Shown in pieces: positions 33,731 to 35,604 of a DNA stretch of 35,604 nt. The stretch is from a virus (lineage: Duplodnaviria > Caudoviricetes). Numbering within the stretch: position 1 is the first letter of the stretch; the number at the start of each line of letters is the position of its first letter. Below the pieces are notes generated by a model. The model was not told the DNA's origin and made no database searches. It saw only the letters and a list, made by a program, of their open reading frames with translations. The DNA is taken from IMG/VR virus record IMGVR_UViG_3300016472_000312, positions 1 to 35,604 of that record; one strand, 5' to 3'. The position numbers were made by a program, and so were the translations under genes.

Positions 33731-35409
33731 CTAAACACCTCATATTCATCTGTTTTAAACGGCAGCCACCGTTTATCACCGTTCTCACCCAAACAAAACA
33801 CTGCGCCCCCGACAAACGGGCTGGGCTGTCCGTTTATTGGTTGAGATTGTAGCGCCTTGTATCTAATTATCCAATCGTTTATTTGCGCTTGCGTTGCACC
33901 AACACCGACAAACCCGCGCCCCTGCCCATCATCTACACCCGTCTCACCACTATAGATACGCGATGTTGAGCCGACATCAAACCCGCATTTGTCAAATAGC
34001 CATTGCCAACGCCGCGCATACCACGCGTCAAATCCGCTTGTCAGGCTTGGGGTGTAGCTGTGATAGTCGATACTGAGCAAGCCAATGTTGTAGTGTGGTG
34101 CATAAAATTGGCGCACCGCTTCACAAATTCCAGAATCGATATAGTTGGGAGTGCCTACACTAAATGTTCCAGCCGCGTAAACTGATCGCGGTGAACGTTC
34201 TCTAATACGTTGGGCCACTGCCACATCAAGCGCTGCGCGTTCCCGCAATTGTTCAACTGTGCCATAGCATAGCCAATCGCACTCATTGAGGCCAGTAAAT
34301 ACAAGCTCATCATCCAATGATGGAGATAGCGCCCTCACGATATCGTCAGCTGTCACCCGCTGCGAGTGATACCAGCGCACCATCACCACCGCGTCTGGGT
34401 ATTTGCGTTTGATCTGCCGCGCCACGCCAATATCTTGCAGCATGAAAAACCGACAACCCGCGTCCGCTTTGCTCATGGCTAGCCCTGCGTTAAGCACGTT
34501 GTAGCCCAGCTTAATCGGCTGTTGCATTGGGGGTTGAGGCGTCACCGGCGGCTGAGGTGTCACCGGCGGCTCAGGCTTTGGGTCTACGCTAAATTTTAGT
34601 TGACGTATTGGCATCCAAGCTCTTAACGAGGTCATGCTCGTCAGTGCAAATTGCTTGGTATCGTCAATGTCATGGATAGTAACATCAACGTTTTCGATAT
34701 CGGCGCTATAGAGCGTGTCGGCAGATTCAGAGGGCCGGCGATATCCGCTTGCCGGCGCGATTGTTTTGGCGCTGGTCGGGAACACAGTAGGTAAGTTAAC
34801 GATTGGCGCATTTAGCAGAATTGCATCATTGTTCAAAATTTTGTTGCAATCAACCCCGCCAATAATGCCATTCACCGTTCCGCCATCAGTATATTGCCAC
34901 ATGGCTGCCGCTTTCCACCCAATCGGCAACGCGCCCAACTGCTGTGCATACTGCGCCACCCACAGCGGATAGCGTGAATAATCGCCGCCATCAGTCACCG
35001 CATTCCACCACCAAGACGCGGTGTAAATGATTGGGACAATGCCGCTAATTGACTCAAACTCGCGCACAAGACGCATGTGAAAATTAAAATGCGCTCGTGT
35101 CTGTCCTTTCATCGGATATTCAACGTCAATAACTGGCCGATACTCGCCAATGTCATTTTTTATGCTGTTCCAAAATAGCCGAGCCTGCGTTGCAGGGTCT
35201 TTGCCGTTGTGGTCGCTAAACCAATAAGCGCCACGCTTAACGCCCACGCGCTTGGCCTCCGACCAGTTGCGCCTAAACGCCGGATCGAGATAGTCGAGTT
35301 GGCCGCATTTGATGAACGCTGCTTGGACTGGCAATCCGTCAGCAAGCCCAGCCCTTACCGCGTCCCAATTGATGACGCCTTGATATTTGCTTACGTCGAT
35401 TGCTCTCAT
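33727..35409 (-). CDS. Modular endolysin: GH25 muramidase, linker domain, second glycoside-hydrolase-like barrel
   Basis: IDVSKYQG.I.W, GAYWF, IDVE, PIIYT, LWVAQY, WQYT...V.GI...VD.N; PPVTPQ linker; GLNE and GETG motifs in the C-domain. Confidence 0.88.
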   Translation of the reverse strand: MRAIDVSKYQGVINWDAVRAGLADGLPVQAAFIKCGQLDYLDPAFRRNWSEAKRVGVKRGAYWFSDHNGKDPATQARLFWNSIKNDIGEYRPVIDVEYPMKGQTRAHFNFHMRLVREFESISGIVPIIYTASWWWNAVTDGGDYSRYPLWVAQYAQQLGALPIGWKAAAMWQYTDGGTVNGIIGGVDCNKILNNDAILLNAPIVNLPTVFPTSAKTIAPASGYRRPSESADTLYSADIENVDVTIHDIDDTKQFALTSMTSLRAWMPIRQLKFSVDPKPEPPVTPQPPVTPQPPMQQPIKLGYNVLNAGLAMSKADAGCRFFMLQDIGVARQIKRKYPDAVVMVRWYHSQRVTADDIVRALSPSLDDELVFTGLNECDWLCYGTVEQLRERAALDVAVAQRIRERSPRSVYAAGTFSVGTPNYIDSGICEAVRQFYAPHYNIGLLSIDYHSYTPSLTSGFDAWYARRWQWLFDKCGFDVGSTSRIYSGETGVDDGQGRGFVGVGATQAQINDWIIRYKALQSQPINGQPSPFVGGAVFCLGENGDKRWLPFKTDEYEVFR

Positions 35410-35459
35410 GTGTCGCCTCGTTGCTTGACGCTATGCGTATAGCGATGTCTTTAAGTGCA

Positions 35460-35468
35460 ATTATATCA
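35460..35468 (-). promoter_or_regulatory. Extended −10 promoter for the late (lysis/structural) arm
   Basis: Minus strand TGATATAAT about 50 nt upstream of the lysin ATG. Confidence 0.55.
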
Positions 35469-35484
35469 AATTTAATTTGCCTAC

Positions 35485-35521
35485 TTGACATTTTGATTGA
35501 TTCGTATTACGATTCAATCAA
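35485..35521 (+). promoter_or_regulatory. Early sigma70 promoter overlapped by a 29-bp palindromic operator
   Basis: TTGACA-17 nt-TACGAT; TTGATTGATTCGTA-T-TACGATTCAATCAA (one mismatch) at 35493-35521. Confidence 0.8.
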
Positions 35522-35567
35522 TCGGGGGCAATAAGGCAACTGATAACAAACAAAAGGACTAACCAAA

Positions 35568-35604
35568 ATGACATACGAACAAAAGCGAAATTTGGAAATC
35601 GAAA
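35568..35604 (+). CDS. 5' part of the junction-spanning early gene
   Basis: MTYEQKRNLEIE continues at position 1. Confidence 0.8.
   Translation, partial: MTYEQKRNLEIE
35584..35604. repeat. 21-bp terminal direct repeat, copy 2
   Basis: Identical to 1-21. Confidence 0.97.

Noticed and set aside
35584-35604. Biological direct terminal repeat of the virion DNA
   Set aside because: 21 nt in the middle of a gene, matching a typical assembler k-mer overlap; it shows circularity or permutation only
1-35604. tRNA, rRNA, IS elements, integrase/att site
   Set aside because: None recognised by eye; tRNAscan and HMM searches would be needed to exclude them fully

Overview
This window is an apparently complete, circular ~35.6 kb tailed-phage (siphovirus-type) genome. 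The first 21 nt are repeated at 35584-35604, and an ORF reads through the junction. The + strand arm (35568→14800) carries several small RHH/XRE regulators, a ParB–MT-A70 methyltransferase fusion with a PD-(D/E)XK-like partner, a tandem-HTH protein, thyX, dcd, a Bet annealase, a replication initiator with internal repeats, a DnaB helicase, RusA and HNH genes. The − strand arm (35409→14801) carries lysis, terminase, portal, head, connector and non-contractile tail genes, including a canonical −1 frameshift in the tail chaperone. No integrase, tRNA or CRISPR array was found. A YLPFV + Pro/Thr-linker exported protein hints at a Chloroflexota host (inference). The most unusual part is 10.6-13.8 kb. 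It holds a candidate Crn4-like (NLTPH) ring-nuclease anti-CRISPR with a divergent RHH gene. It also holds an 8-TM membrane protein whose slippery end (TTTCCCAAAA-TAG) fuses by −1 frameshift to a basic domain, inside a ~1.4 kb field of CTACCAAAC/GTTTGG repeats; this may be an undescribed membrane-tethering or partition system. All calls come from reading the sequence and recalled family motifs; no searches were run.
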